Assembly (NCBI GenBank): GCA_964016885.1
Contig: CAXHJY010000031.1
Location: 186,001-250,000 of the forward strand
Origin: Eledone cirrhosa
Taxonomy: Eukaryota
Reading direction: 5' to 3'
DNA: 64,000 nt
The first letter of the stretch is position 1; the number at the start of each line of letters is the position of its first letter. The position numbers and the translations under genes were made by a program. Shown here one piece after another: positions 37,700-51,900 of this stretch. A model generated the notes under the pieces. The model saw nothing but the letters and a program-made list of their open reading frames with translations, did not search any database and was not told the origin of the DNA.

Positions 37700-38757
37700 A
37701 GAACTCGAAAACTTGTCAGTGTTACTGGGAACTTTGGTGATGTGGATAGGCTGTACTTGTCATGCAAGGAAGGTGGCCGGGGTCTAAAATCCATATTAAG
37801 ATCATATGACACCCGGATAGTAACACTGAAGCAACATCTTCAACAGAGGAAAAGTTTTATGGCCCAGGTTTATGAGCATGAAAAAAAAATATCATTAGGA
37901 TAGCCACTGATCTGGAGGAGAGATATGGAATAAAGCCTGATATAAATCTCTCACCCAGAGAAATCGGAAGATCCTATTCACTGTTCAAAGAAGATGAAAA
38001 AATTGACCAATTTACAGAAAAAGTTGTGCACGTATACTTGAGACGTAAAACACAGACCATAGAGGTGATAAACCACTCAAAAAGCCTGGCATGGAGTTCC
38101 GACAAGTTTATGACATGACACCTTGAGGGATATCTCTATGCAATACAGGAACAAGAACTCCCTACCAAATATCTGCTGCACAAAAGAGGAGGGCCATCAG
38201 CTGACAATAAATGTAGGCTTATGTAAAACAAAGATTGAAGATGTAAGCGACATTGTTGCCAGCTGCGAAAGAATGTCATCTCGCTACTACCTCCCCATGA
38301 GACACGATGGGATAGCTAGAACGATCTGGAACGCAAACGAGGAAGAATATATCGAGACAGATTGCACTAAGGAATACTGGTGGAACCTGAAAATAAAAAC
38401 TGCCACCAAATTAAAGCACAACCGGCCTGATATTGTTGTTTGGGACCACCCATTGAAAACGTGTTGTGGAGATCAGTTGCCCACTTGATGTAAACGTTGT
38501 CAGAAAAATACAGGAGGAGGACATCTCCGGACCATTGATGAGGAGTTTACAAATCCAGTATCCAAAATACACCTTTAGCTTCATACCCATCATTATTGGA
38601 GCTACGGGTTATATACCAACCCGCTTGGACCAAAGTATGACTGAACTTGGATTTGCTGACAAAGAGCGCAGCTCCCTTCCCTAATTCATAGTCTACAAGT
38701 GGCTGCGATAGTTGGCACCTTCAAAATTTGCAAAACATTCTTGCGATTCAAGGGATG
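37700..38757 (+). mobile_element. R4/Dong-like non-LTR retrotransposon 3' fragment (CCHC knuckle plus restriction-like endonuclease)
   Basis: DRLYL..KEGGRGL, AIQEQ, KCRLC..IE...ASC, RHDGIA, HNRPDIVV, EISCP and IPIIIGATG motifs, frameshifted. Confidence 0.88.
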
Positions 38758-38862
38758 ACAATTTCTTTTCTTTTACAACCTTGTCACCAGGAAGGTGACC
38801 GGTCAAAAAATATATTCGAAATTAAGAGAAAGAGATCACCTACATGTATGTGTGTATGTATG

Positions 38863-38895
<33 letters not shown>

Positions 38896-39349
38896 TTGTA
38901 TATATATATTTATTTATTTATTTCATTATATTTGTTCCACTCCACGTGGTTTATATTTCACCACCACACCGCCATCAAACGACCACACCGCCATCAAACC
39001 ACCACACCAACAACACTCGCCACCACCGCCATCATTTGAATTACGTTGTCAAACCCGACATGACAAGAAAATGAAATAGTTTCAAGAGTTTGACAAAATG
39101 AGATGTTTTGATTGGTGAGAAGGATGAAGGCGATGTACTGGCCTGTAGTGTATATGGGGGTGGGTGTGATGGTGAGATGTTGGTGACGGTCTGTGGATGA
39201 GGTGGGCTGTGGTGTGGTGGTGGTGGGTTGGTATTTAGTGGGATGGGCTGTGGTGTGAGGTTAGTGGACTGTCTGTAGACGGGTTGGGGTGTGGTAGTGG
39301 CGCCTTTGTCTATGGTAGCGGCGTTTTTGGTGGTGTGGTGGATGTATTG

Positions 39350-39687
39350 GTGGCGTCAGGTATTTACATAGATACATAGACGCTCTTCGTCTGACAGATA
39401 CCTTGTATATACGTATACGTACACACATATATGTATATATGTGCACATATATTGTTGTATAAACACACACAACATAAGACACATACGCACATCCTTGCCC
39501 ACACATATCGGCATACGCTCACACACAGCCATATGTATATGTACACACATGTATGTGCATGCGCGCATGCGGACACGAATATGAAGAGTGGTGGAGTATC
39601 GGTGGGGGTGGCGAACGACAGAGATGGGGGAAGGACTCACACTCATGTATGCAAGATATACACATACACACTCCCACACACGTATAC

Positions 39688-39724
<37 letters not shown>

Positions 39725-39826
39725 TGTACCGACAACACACACATACACGCACATAGTCAGATTTACCCATATACATATATGTAGACGTACACACACATAC
39801 ACATATGCATACACATACACATACAC

Positions 39827-39857
<31 letters not shown>

Positions 39858-39879
39858 TAGACATATGTATATACATGTG

Positions 39880-39915
<36 letters not shown>

Positions 39916-40260
39916 GATAAATTTGCGTACACGCACGCACACTTAAAACGCCCGTATGAGTAAAATACTTACACACAGACACACACACTATTGTTGGTTG
40001 GGGAGTGGAAGTATGTTTTGTCGGTGTTGGTGAAGTATGGAGTTGTTTTGTGGTGGTGGTGGTGGTGGTGGTGGTGGAGTTGTGAGGGACAAAAATATAT
40101 ATACCGGATCGAATACCGGTTAAAAGGTGAGATAGGGAACGCGGGGGAAAAGCGTTTATGGACGTACGGCGATGTGTGTTGTGGACATGGTGATGGTGGT
40201 GGTGGTGGTGGTGCTGGGGTGATATGTTCGGCAAGATGATTACATGATCAGAGGTTACGG
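39350..40260. repeat. Low-complexity CA/TA and GGT microsatellite region
   Basis: Direct reading. Confidence 0.85.
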
Positions 40261-40297
40261 TGTGTTATATGGTAGGCAGACGGGGGGTGGGGGGTAT

Positions 40298-40487
40298 ATA
40301 ATTGTTTCTACTTTAGGCACAAGGCCAGCAAATAGCCAGTGTATTACTGGTACTTTATTTTATCGACCCCCGTAAGGATGAAAGGCAAAGTCAACCTAGG
40401 CGGGATTTGAACTCAGATCGTAAAGGGACGTAACTATGCTTGAAAGCATGGCGTCCGACCCTCTACCGATACTGCCAATCCCCCACC
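40298..40487 (-). mobile_element. tRNA-derived SINE
   Basis: Reverse-complement copy of 46108-46298, with a B-box-like gttcaaatcc and a central gcctttcatcctt..ggggtcgataaa domain. Confidence 0.85.
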
Positions 40488-40764
40488 GTGGAGGGTATAT
40501 AATACAGTCGATTTGGGATCGAGGGATATGTGTTGATGATGATTGTGGTTGTGTGTGCGTGCGACAGTACAGTTACAGGATCGAATTTAACGTGGGGTTG
40601 CAAGTTAGGGTAGATAGAGGGAACATGGGGGGATGAGGATGTAGGCGTGTATGGTATGCACATGACGATGTGTGGTGTGGTGGTGGAGATGGTGTGATAT
40701 GATCGACATTGTATTTACAAGGTCTCTTGTCATTGTGGATTGCAAGGTAGAACGTATCATATGG

Positions 40765-41536
40765 TATATATATATATATATATAAAACTAAGGATGTCTG
40801 TATGAGTTTGAATCCCTAAACCTCGAGAAGCACCCAACCGACTGTTTTCAAACTTTACACCCGCGCCCTTATAATATGTCTGTATGTCTAGCTGTCTGCA
40901 TCGCACTCGGCGCGTCAATGTATGCCTGTTAAATGGGCCGCAAACGCATTGATTCATTGTAAAGGCTACCAGTGGAAGCAACCGTAACACCCTCCAAATG
41001 TGAGAGAACGCAGTGAAAGTCACTATTAAGAGAACGTTCACATGGCCCTTTTTATGGCCACCACTTGAAATTGTTGATTGTTACCCGTAGTTACTGGAGT
41101 GTCAGTGAACGGCTTACAAATCCATTATAAGGGCCCTTGAAATAACTGATGGCGACCCTTTGGTTTGGGGCGGCGAGTGAACACGCACACGCCTCAAGGC
41201 CCATTTTATTGCACCACTCCTCTGTAAAATTGTTAAATTATACCTACTGTTTGGTAAACGTTTGTGAAGGTGCGGTGGACTGGTTCTAGAAGGCTCCATA
41301 TGCTGTCCGATTGCACGTCATGCCTTGCTCAAGCATTGCAGACTTCCCTCTGACTCCTGTCACTTTATTAAAGTACAAAAGCACTCAGCCGATTTTCTTC
41401 ACGTGGAAGGAAAAGCATACCTAATACTAATTGCATCAGAGCATTCGGTTTATTTTCTTTACATGTCCAGGCATGCAGTTTTTCCACGATTAGGTCAAAA
41501 TAACTTATCCCGTGCAACGCCGGGTACCACTGCTAG
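40765..41536 (+). mobile_element. Non-autonomous Helitron
   Basis: The 5' tatataaaactaaggatgtc is shared with 59778. The 3' hairpin cccgtgcaacgccggg is followed by CTAG|T. Confidence 0.85.
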
Positions 41537-41729
41537 TATTATATATATATATATGTATATTGTTTTACTCTTTTACTTGTCCCAGCCATTTTGCTGAGGT
41601 CATGCTGGGGTACCGCCTTTAATATATTTTTCTATATATCTACACACACACACACACATATATATATATCAATAAAAACGTATCCATGAAAGGCAAATCT
41701 TATCGGTTGGAAAACAAAATAAACTTTTG

Positions 41730-41794
41730 TATTTTATTTGATGAAAGTGCACCAAGCTTGTCTTGGTTGGCCTTGAAATATATATAATAAAATA
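41730..41794 (+). ncRNA. Type I hammerhead with a C3U core substitution
   Basis: tattttat-TTGATGA-aag..accaag cttgt cttggt..ctt-GAAA-tatata-TA-ataaaata. Confidence 0.6.
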
Positions 41795-41932
41795 AATATG
41801 GTTTTATAAATAGTTTCCATTTATTTAATATCACGAAATATTTACTCCAGTAAATTGTTGAGTGCTCTAAATCAGTTATAAACATTTGTTTGTCGGACTT
41901 CCAACAAATTAAATACAACTTCTACACACACG

Positions 41933-41969
<37 letters not shown>

Positions 41970-42059
41970 CGGAGTTGTGTTAAGGAACCAGATGGACCAT
42001 AATGCACCAGAGATAGCCGTCGAAACGGCTTGAGCTCTGCCGTCGGGGTCATACATCTT

Positions 42060-42127
<68 letters not shown>

Positions 42128-42296
42128 TTCACGTTGTTCTGATAAAACTATTAAATTTCTTCATAGAATAATAAATTTTGTTTTATTATTTGTTGCTATT
42201 GTTCTGTTGTTGTTGTTGTTGTTGTTACACACACACACACTCAGACTTTGTTCATCTTTTGGCGGCAAAAAATAGCGGCAAAACAACATACATACA

Positions 42297-42339
<43 letters not shown>

Positions 42340-42899
42340 GTGAGTATGTGTGAGTTACCCGCCACTTTCTTTTCCTTATAAATACAAGCCCCGTTTTTCA
42401 TATCTTTCATTTCAGCCACAGATTTGAAAGATGACTTCAGGTTATTCTCATGGTATGCTTTAAGCCCTTTTTAGGGCTGCTCAGAGATACGCCGAAAACA
42501 CAGCGTCCATGTTCACTCCTGGGACTGAGAAGAAAAGTCCCACAGGTCAGTCAGATTTATATTTAATTTATTTAAAAAAAAAAAATAATTTCAATTTAAT
42601 TTATATTTCTTAAAAAAAAAAAGAATTCAATTTAACTTATTTCTTTAAAAAAAAAGTTCAATTTCATTTAAAAAAAATTCAATTCAATTAATTTCTTTTA
42701 AAAAAAAAGCTTTTATAGTTATGTTTTTGTATTTTAATCGGGGTAACATTTTCGATTTAATTAATTTCATCATATTGTTGTATATATACACACACACATA
42801 TATATACAATTGTTATATATATATATATATATATATATAAGGTTGCAGTTATTCGAATACCTTGGAGTATTCGTTTTTATTTCTATGCTCTCTGAAATC

Positions 42900-43045
42900 C
42901 TGCCAAGGTCAACTTTGCCTTTCTTCCTTGTGTTGGAAGTGGATAAAAAAAAGTACCAGTGAAATGCTGGGGTGAATTCTTCCTATCTATAGTTTTCTCG
43001 CAATTATCTTTTTCTGAATAAAAGTACCAGTCAAATACTGGGTTC
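42900..43045 (+). mobile_element. Partial SINE (central domain)
   Basis: aggtcaactttgcctttc...gataaaa..aagtaccagt, as in the copy at 46108. Confidence 0.65.
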
Positions 43046-43529
43046 CTCTCTTCTCTGCTTTTTCTCTGTCTATCTTTCTGGAAGAATTTTCTATTTTTAG
43101 AACTGGAGGAGTTGGTATTTGCTAGTGATTAAGGGAGAAAATGAAAGATATATATGTATATATATGTATATGTGTGTTGATGAGATTATGTAGGGGGGGG
43201 AAAAATCTGGAAAAATCTGTTGAATTCACATGGTTGGTATTGTCTCTGTTCTCTGTTTTCAAAAGACTTATAAAAGCTGACTCAGTATTGTTTATCCAAT
43301 AAAGTAGCAGTAATACGTTATAGTTAGATTAACGTTAATTTTGTTCACTTGTAATTTAGAGAATATAAAATATAAAATGCACCATTAGAATATATAACTT
43401 ATTTTTATTCCAGATTCTCCTAAAAATTTGTCCCTGTTCAATTCCTTCTCTGCCACAAACCTCTCATTTTTGGATAGAATTTTTTTATTTATTATTTTAC
43501 GTTAGGTTAAACCAGCCAACCAATTTTTT

Positions 43530-43687
43530 TAAATATGTGTATATATATATATATATAGTAGCTTATGAAACGTGTGTGTATATATATATTTATTTATATG
43601 TATATATATATATATATATATTTATAATTTATAATTTATATATATATAATTTATATATATATATAATTTATATATATATATATAATT

Positions 43688-43725
<38 letters not shown>

Positions 43726-43753
43726 TATATATATATTTATATATATATATATT

Positions 43754-43790
<37 letters not shown>

Positions 43791-43970
43791 ATTTATATAT
43801 ATGTGTGTGTATGTATGTCTGTATGTACGTGTGTGTACATGAATATATATTTATATATTTTTATATATATGTGTGTGTTTTTATGTGTGTATATGTGTTT
43901 GTGTGTGTGTTTATGGTTGCGCGTAAGTGTGTGAGTGAGTATGTGTTTTTTTGTTTTTTTGTGAATGTGT
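43530..43970. repeat. (TA)n/(TG)n microsatellite
   Basis: Direct reading. Confidence 0.95.
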
Positions 43971-44411
43971 CTGTTGATTTTTGGCATATAGTTGATTAGT
44001 TTAAGAGAAGTTCGAAGATAATAGTAAGATATGCACTCAGTATTTTGAATCTGTCTGCAGAATTCTCTAGACCTTTGTCACTTAGAACCTTAATGACTTT
44101 AGCTTTTAAAGAATCTCCCCTTTTCTTTAATTCTATCGACTATGACTGACCCCCCACTGATTTTATAGACATCTGTTAGCTTAAGAGAAACTTATTGACA
44201 AGGAATGGTAGGCCATCCGGAACATGTTTATAGAATTCTGTCTGCCCTTGTTACTCTAAAAACATAATAAATAAAAATAAAAATAGCTTTGTAGAATTAG
44301 CTTTTAATGAATTCCCTTTTCTATCAACCAACGACCTGCACCCATCCCACTCCCCACCCTCTCCTACCACTTGTAGAGACCTATAAATACCATATTTATT
44401 TTTTGATACCC

Positions 44412-44462
44412 AGATTCCTGATGATTTCAAATGAATGAAACAGTTCTAGTCCTGTAGAATCT
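44412..44462 (+). ncRNA. Type I hammerhead ribozyme
   Basis: agattc-CTGATGA-tttc aaat gaat-GAAA-cag ttctagtc ctg-TA-gaatct: perfect 6-bp stem I, 3-bp stem III, GUA triplet. Confidence 0.82.
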
Positions 44463-44542
44463 CATCTATATTAAAACTTATACTCTGCTATGTATTGAGT
44501 ACCTTAATTACTGTGGTTACCTCCGATTCAACCCGGAATAAC

Positions 44543-45112
<570 letters not shown>

Positions 45113-45718
45113 AGAAAAGGTGAATATAAAATGAAAGTGCTTTTTTTTTAAAAAAAGGAATTTATTAGGTATCGACATGTTTCTGTAACAGACGAAATAC
45201 CTATGTATCGCTGCTTGCGTAATCATATAATGTTAGCAAGTATTCGATAGCAAATGTATAATCAGTTGTCACTTCAGAGATTTTGGATAAATTTGAAAAA
45301 ATCAGAAAAATTGAAGTATTTATATTAGTTGTAATAGAGGAAGAGAAGTATATGACAGATGGTAATTCAATTTACTGCTAAACAAGTATATAAATGGTTT
45401 TTAATGAGAATACATGAGTAAATGGTTTATTTTATCTAAATAAGAATTTTTGGGAGTGCCTATTTTAATCTATACTTGACCAATTGAACAATGGACAGGG
45501 CTGGTTATTTGGTGTAGTAGTATTAATTATAAAGTGTCGATTAAGGAAGGGGGAGATTTCGACTGCTACTGAATAACTTCCAATGCTAGTAGTCAGCTGG
45601 TATATGCATTAGGGAATTGAATTAAGAAATCTCATTTTATCTATAACAGTTTATATTAAATGATAACCTGAAATTTTTATATTTATATTTATATATATAT
45701 ATATTTATTTATTTATAT

Positions 45719-45865
45719 ATATATATTAAAATAACCGATTAAAGTTTAAGCAAAGAATCGCTGCTTTCACCCTTAACGGGATCTTCTGAAATTCATTTAA
45801 GATCCCGTTAAGGTTGAAAGCAGCGATTCTTTGCTTAAACTTTAATCTGTTATTTTAATATATAT
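45719..45865. repeat. Long inverted repeat, arms of about 65 bp with a 13-bp spacer
   Basis: The arms differ at two visible positions. A single-arm copy lies at about 32199-32269. Confidence 0.93.
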
Positions 45866-46107
45866 TTGCTGTACGGTTCTTATATATTTGATATATATTT
45901 ATCCATATCGAGCCCTTTTTTAATTTTAGTTTTCAAATTTATTATTATTACTATATATTATGTGTGTGTGTATATTATGTGTGTATGTATTCTGTGTGTA
46001 TTATGTGTCTGTATTAGGTGTCTGTATTTGTGCGTATTATCTGTGTATTTGTGTATTATCTGTATTATATGTGTGTATTATATGTGTATATGTGTGTATT
46101 ATGTGTG

Positions 46108-46298
46108 TTGGTGGATTGGCAGTATCGGTAGAGGGTCGGACGCCATGCTTTGACGCATAGAGTTACGGCCCTTGCTATTCTGGGTTCAAATCCCGCCGAG
46201 GTTAACTTTGCCTTTCATCCTTACGGGGTTGATAAAATAAAGTACCAGTAATGCACTGGGATAATTGCTGGCCTTGTGCCAAAAGTAGAAACAATTAT
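46108..46298 (+). mobile_element. tRNA-derived SINE inserted in the minisatellite
   Basis: A/B-box-like head (tggcagtatcgg, ggttcaaatccc), a conserved central domain and an attat tail. Other copies lie at 40298 and 42900. Confidence 0.87.
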
Positions 46299-48950
46299 GT
46301 GTATTATATGTGTGTATTATGTGTGTATTATATGTGTGTATTATGTGTGTATTATCTGTGTATTATGTGTGTATTATCTGTGTATTATATGTGTGTATAT
46401 GTGTGTATTATCTGTGCGTATTATCTGTGCGTATTATCTGTGCGTATTATCTGTGCGTATTATCTGTATTATATGTGTATTATGTGTGTATTTGTGTATT
46501 ATCTGTGTGTATATGTGTGTATTATCTGTATTATATGTGTGTATTATCTGTATTATATGTGTGTATTATGTGTGTATTATGTGTGTATTATGTGTGTATT
46601 ATATGTGTGTATTATCTGTGTATTATGTGTGTATTATCTGTGTATTATATGTGTGTATATGTGTGTATTATCTGTGTGTATTATCTGTGCGTATTATCTG
46701 TATTATATGTGTGTATTATCTGTATTATTATATGTGTGTATTATATGTGTGTATTATGTGTGTATTATATGTGTGTATTATCTGTGTATTATGTGTGTAT
46801 TATCTGTGTATTATGTGTGTATATGTGTGTATTATCTGTGTGTATTATCTGTGTGTATTATCTGTGCGTATTATCTGTATTATATGTGTGTATTATGTGT
46901 GTATTATGTGTGTATTATGTGTGTATTATGTGTGTATTATCTGTGTATTATGTGTGTATTATCTGTGTATTATATGTGTGTATATGTGTGTATTATATGT
47001 GTGTATTATCTGTGCGTATTATCTGTATTATATGTGTGTATTATCTGTATTATTATATGTGTGTATTATATGTGTGTATTATCTGTGTATTATGTGTGTA
47101 TTATCTGTATTATATGTGTGTATATGTGTGTATTATCTGTGTATTATCTGTGCGTATTATCTGTGCGTATTATCTGTATTATATGTGTATTATCTGTATT
47201 ATATGTGTGTATTATGTGTGTATTATCTGTGTATTATGTGTGTATTATCTGTGTATTATATGTGTGTATATGTGTGTATTATCTGTGCGTATTATCTGTA
47301 TTATATGTGTGTATTATGTGTGTATTATGTGTGTATTATGTGTGTATTATCTGTGTATTATGTGTGTATTATCTGTGTATTATATGTGTGTATGTATATG
47401 TGTGTATTATATGTGTGTATTATCTGTGCGTATTATCTGTATTATATGTGTGTATTATCTGTATTATATGTGTGTATTATGTGTGTATTATATGTGTGTA
47501 TTATCTGTGTATTATGTGTGTATTATCTGTGTATTATATGTGTGTATATGTGTGTATTATCTGTATTATATGTGTGTATTATGTGTGTATTATATGTGTG
47601 TATTATGTGTGTATTATGTGTGTATTATCTGTGTATTATATGTGTGTATATGTGTGTATTATCTGCGTATTATCTGTATTATATGTGTGTATATGTGTGT
47701 ATTATCTGTGCGTATTATCTGTATTATATGTGTGTATTATCTGTATTATATGTGTGTATTATGTGTGTATTATATGTGTGTATTATCTGTGTATTATGTG
47801 TGTATTATCTGTGTATTATATGTGTGTATATGTGTGTATTATCTGTGCGTATTATCTGTATTATATGTGTGTATTATCTGTATTATATGTGTGTATTATG
47901 TGTGTATTATATGTGTGTATTATCTGTGTATTATGTGTGTATTATCTGTGTATTATATGTGTGTATATGTGTATTATATGTGTGTATTATCTGTGCGTAT
48001 TATCTGTATTATATGTGTGTATTATCTGTATTATATGTGTGTATTATGTGTGTATTATGTGTGTATTATCTGTGTATTATGTGTGTATATGTGTGTATTA
48101 TCTGTGCGTATTATCTGTATTATATGTGTGTATTATGTGTGTATTATGTGTGTATTATCTGTGTATTATGTGTGTATTATCTGTGTATTATATGTGTGTA
48201 TATGTGTATTATATGTGTGTATTATCTGTGCGTATTATCTGTATTATATGTGTGTATTATGTGTGTATTATGTGTGTATTATCTGTGTATTATGTGTGTA
48301 TTATCTGTGTATTATATGTGTGTATATGTGTGTATTATATGTGTGTATTATCTGTGCGTATTATCTGTATTATATGTGTATTATCTGTATTATATGTGTG
48401 TATTATGTGTGTATTATCTGTGTATTATGTGTGTATTATCTGTGTATTATATGTGTGTATATGTGTGTATTATCTGTGCGTATTATCTGTATTATATGTG
48501 TGTATTATGTGTGTATTATGTGTGTATTATGTGTGTATTATCTGTGTATTATGTGTGTATTATCTGTGTATTATATGTGTGTATATGTGTGTATTATATG
48601 TGTGTATTATCTGTGCGTATTATCTGTATTATATGTGTGTATTATCTGTATTATATGTGTGTATTATGTGTGTATTATATGTGTGTATTATCTGTGTATT
48701 ATGTGTGTATTATCTGTGTATTATATGTGTGTATATGTGTGTATTATCTGTATTATATGTGTGTATTATGTGTGTATTATATGTGTGTATTATGTGTGTA
48801 TTATGTGTGTATTATCTGTGTATTATATGTGTGTATATGTGTGTATTATCTGCGTATTATCTGTATTATATGTGTGTATTATGTGTGTATTATGTGTGTA
48901 TTGTGTGTAGTATGTCTGTATTATGTGTCTGTATTATGTGTGTATTTGTA
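46295..48950. repeat. Minisatellite of 9-13-bp variants (TATTATGTGTG, TATTATCTGTG, TATTATATGTGTG, TATTATCTG, TATTATCTGTGCG)
   Basis: Direct reading. A degenerate lead-in lies at about 45955-46107. Confidence 0.97.
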
Positions 48951-50269
48951 ATAAATGTCTACTATATACACATGTATATATATATAATATATAAATACAA
49001 TATAATAATATATGTTGGTGTGTATCGGGTTTGTGTTTATATCACCGTAGAAATCTGTTTATGCAACATTCTAATTAGCAAAGGGAAATTACTGTAGTAT
49101 ATTTTAATAAAAATATTTTATTTTCCGTTTTAGCCAGAAATTTTGTTGTTTGATAAAACTGTCATTGAATTTATGCCTTGTCTGTTTCTGCTGAAGACTA
49201 CTTTACTAATTAAGCTTAGGCTTAATTTATTATATCGGTTTTCATCGTAAAATTGAGACGGGTGTTTTTTCATGTCTATTTAATGCAGCACGTTAGTGAT
49301 ATAGTAAGTTTTAGTTTCTATTTGTTTGAATATCATTTCGAAGCAGATACGACGGGGTTCATTAATTTCTAGATGAATTATTTGGGTTTAGTTTTAGTTT
49401 GTGGTTGTGTGTGTGTGTGGGGGGGGGGGTATATATAAAACTGAATAGCTATATATATTTATATCATCTTGTCAATATCTAACCTTTTTCCTCATAAATA
49501 TAGACAGAAATTACGGTATACAAGTAGGCACATGCATTAAAACTTAATATATGGTTATGTTACCAGGAAGCTGGAGAGTGAAAGTAATATAGTTACGGTT
49601 ATCTTGAGGAAACGCTATATTTTTTTTTTTATACGCTTTTGCAATATAAGAATAGGAAACGAAGACAAACTGATTGATGCAGACAAAATATATATTTATG
49701 GTAATTGTTCAGAATTAAGATCATAGATGTGACCGATGTGAAGCAGCTGTAGAAAGTTGGCATGATGTAGTGAAGAATGCAGTGGGTAGAAAAGACATCC
49801 CCGAGAATAAACATAGAAAGAGTAGTTGGTGATTGTTGCAGTGAAAATCAATGAAGTACAAGCATAACGGACAAGAGAGAAGAATGCAGGCCCAGCAGTT
49901 GGAGTTCGCTGCCAAGCAGATGCCAATATAATATGAAATATTAGGGAATCGGATAATGTCGATTCCGTTTTATTGCAAAAGCGAATCCTTTAAAGTGCGA
50001 AACAATATAGTGTTTGTCGTTGATGTATTTATATCTATATTACTCTACATAAGCCCGCAAACAGGCCTTCAACAGTAAATATGTAATTGGCCTTTGTTTA
50101 AAAAGAAATTTTTTTTCTTAATATAATTGTTTATCTGCTGGATTGGTCATTGACCATTTTAGTAGGAGAGGGGATTTTGTTAGTGGTGTGTTACCTTCGC
50201 TGACTTAACTCTGAGAAAGAAAAGCAATTATATTTTTCTTTAACTGTATTTAGCCACTGAACAATGGGT

Positions 50270-50835
50270 GTAGCTCCTTGGAGCACTCGGGTGTAATGAC
50301 TTTGGCTTTAGTGTTCGTGTAGAGCAGTGATACTTTTGTATTCCACAAAAATCTTGATCAGGCAGTGACGATAGTCAGAATTATAGGCAATTTGCTTTAG
50401 CTCCTTCAAATATCTTCATCAGGATGTGACCGTTGGTTGATCTTTATCTGTGAAGCTGTTGTGGTTGTTTGAGCTTTTTGTCCATGTAGGGCTGGATTCT
50501 CTTAAGAATCACACCCTGTTGAGGGTCTTTGCCACAAGTGAGGTCCCCCTGTAGTTGGTGTTAGAGAGATCTGCCTTCTTTGGCAGTGGCACGAAGTTAC
50601 TGATCGTCCACTGGTTCAGGGCAACTCGTTTCTCCAGAACTGAAAATCACAACTCTACATGACCTGTAGCCACTCGATTTTCTCCATGGGCCTTGCCCTC
50701 CTTTATCTTTTTTTGCTCTCTGAAGCTCCTCTGGCAAAGGGTCCTGTCTCAATATGCAGTTTTTGTAACGGCCACCTGATCTGCCCAGTGTTCTTGGCTG
50801 TGGAGGGCATTTCATAGTTGTCTACTAAAATGGTC
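50270..50835 (-). mobile_element. Second RTE-group LINE RT fragment (copy A)
   Basis: The minus strand reads VPLPKKADLSNTNYRG..LVAKTLNRV..RIQPYMDKKL..RST.GHIL. Confidence 0.7.
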
Positions 50836-50859
50836 TAGACTATAATCTGACATCCGGTT

Positions 50860-51900
50860 TTAAATTCTTGTTATTGCCTGCAGGACTATGATAAAAAGGA
50901 GAGGGCTATGAACAGCCCTGGTGTACACCGACCTGCATGCTAAATTCCTCGCTCTAGTCATTGATAACTGCTGATTGTTTCTTTATACATGGCTTGTACA
51001 GCCCTCATAAGCTATTCATCTACTTCAAATTTTCTAAGAGCCCACCAGATTATAGCATGGTGGACTCTGTCGAAGGCTTTTTCCATTTCGACAAATGCCA
51101 GGTAGAGCGGCTTACTTTTAGCTAGGTACTTTTCCTGTAACTGCCTCACAAAGGTGAGGACATGGATGGTGCCTTTTCCTGGTACAAAGCCCAATTGCAT
51201 ATCATGTAGTTTCACCCTGTTCCTAATCAACTCTTTGTTACTTTCATGACCTGGTCCATCAGCTTTATACCTCTAGTTTCCTCTATCTAGTGCATCACTT
51301 TTACCTTTGTATCAGTTGACCATGATGCTGCTGCACGAATCGTTTGGTACGACGCCCTTTAGTATTACCTAGTTAACAATACGTGTGGTTATGGTCTGAT
51401 CTACCGACCCAGATGCCTTGAGCATCTCGGCAGCTATACCCGATAGACTGGTTGCCTTCCCCGTCTTCATATCTTTGATTGCCATACTACATTGCTGCTG
51501 ACTTGTTCTGCTAGCCCCTCTATAGGGTTCACTTTGGGTATGGTATCTTTTTCCCATACATTCTCCTCATTTAGTAATATTTCATACTGGCTCTTCCACG
51601 CATCTTCTCAGCACTTGTGAGTGCAAGCTGACTTTTATCATTCTGGATACACTTTTGTCCAATGACATCACAATTCTCTCTGAAACACTGCCTCGTAATC
51701 TGGAACAACTGTTTCTGTTCCTCGTGTTGCAAAACATGCTTGAAATTCCTATCCTCTACCTCCCTTCTAGCTAAGTATACTTGTCGCCTAGCTTCGCTCC
51801 TGGTCTCTATGTAATGTGCCCTGTTTTTCCATTCTTTCCATGCCTGTCTCTTAGCCTTAATTGCCTCATCTACCATATTGTTCTACCACCAAGTGACTCT
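50860..51900 (-). mobile_element. RTE linker plus RT fragment (copy A)
   Basis: EARRQVYLA, GIAAEMLKASG, QLGFVPGKGT and AFVEMEKAFDRV motifs. Confidence 0.92.

Noticed and set aside
42545-42710. Short A-tract repeats as a CRISPR-like array
   Set aside because: They are low-complexity degenerate units without unique spacers, in a eukaryotic context with no cas genes.
45165-45205. Minus-strand ggtatt...GAAAcatGTCgatacc hammerhead-like motif
   Set aside because: The CUGAnGA core is absent, so it is too degenerate to call.
46108-46200. tRNA gene
   Set aside because: It has only A/B-box-like motifs without a cloverleaf and continues into a SINE body present in several copies.
46251-49097. 866-948-aa ORFs in all three plus frames
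   Set aside because: The minisatellite units lack TAA, TAG and TGA, so all frames are open by composition.
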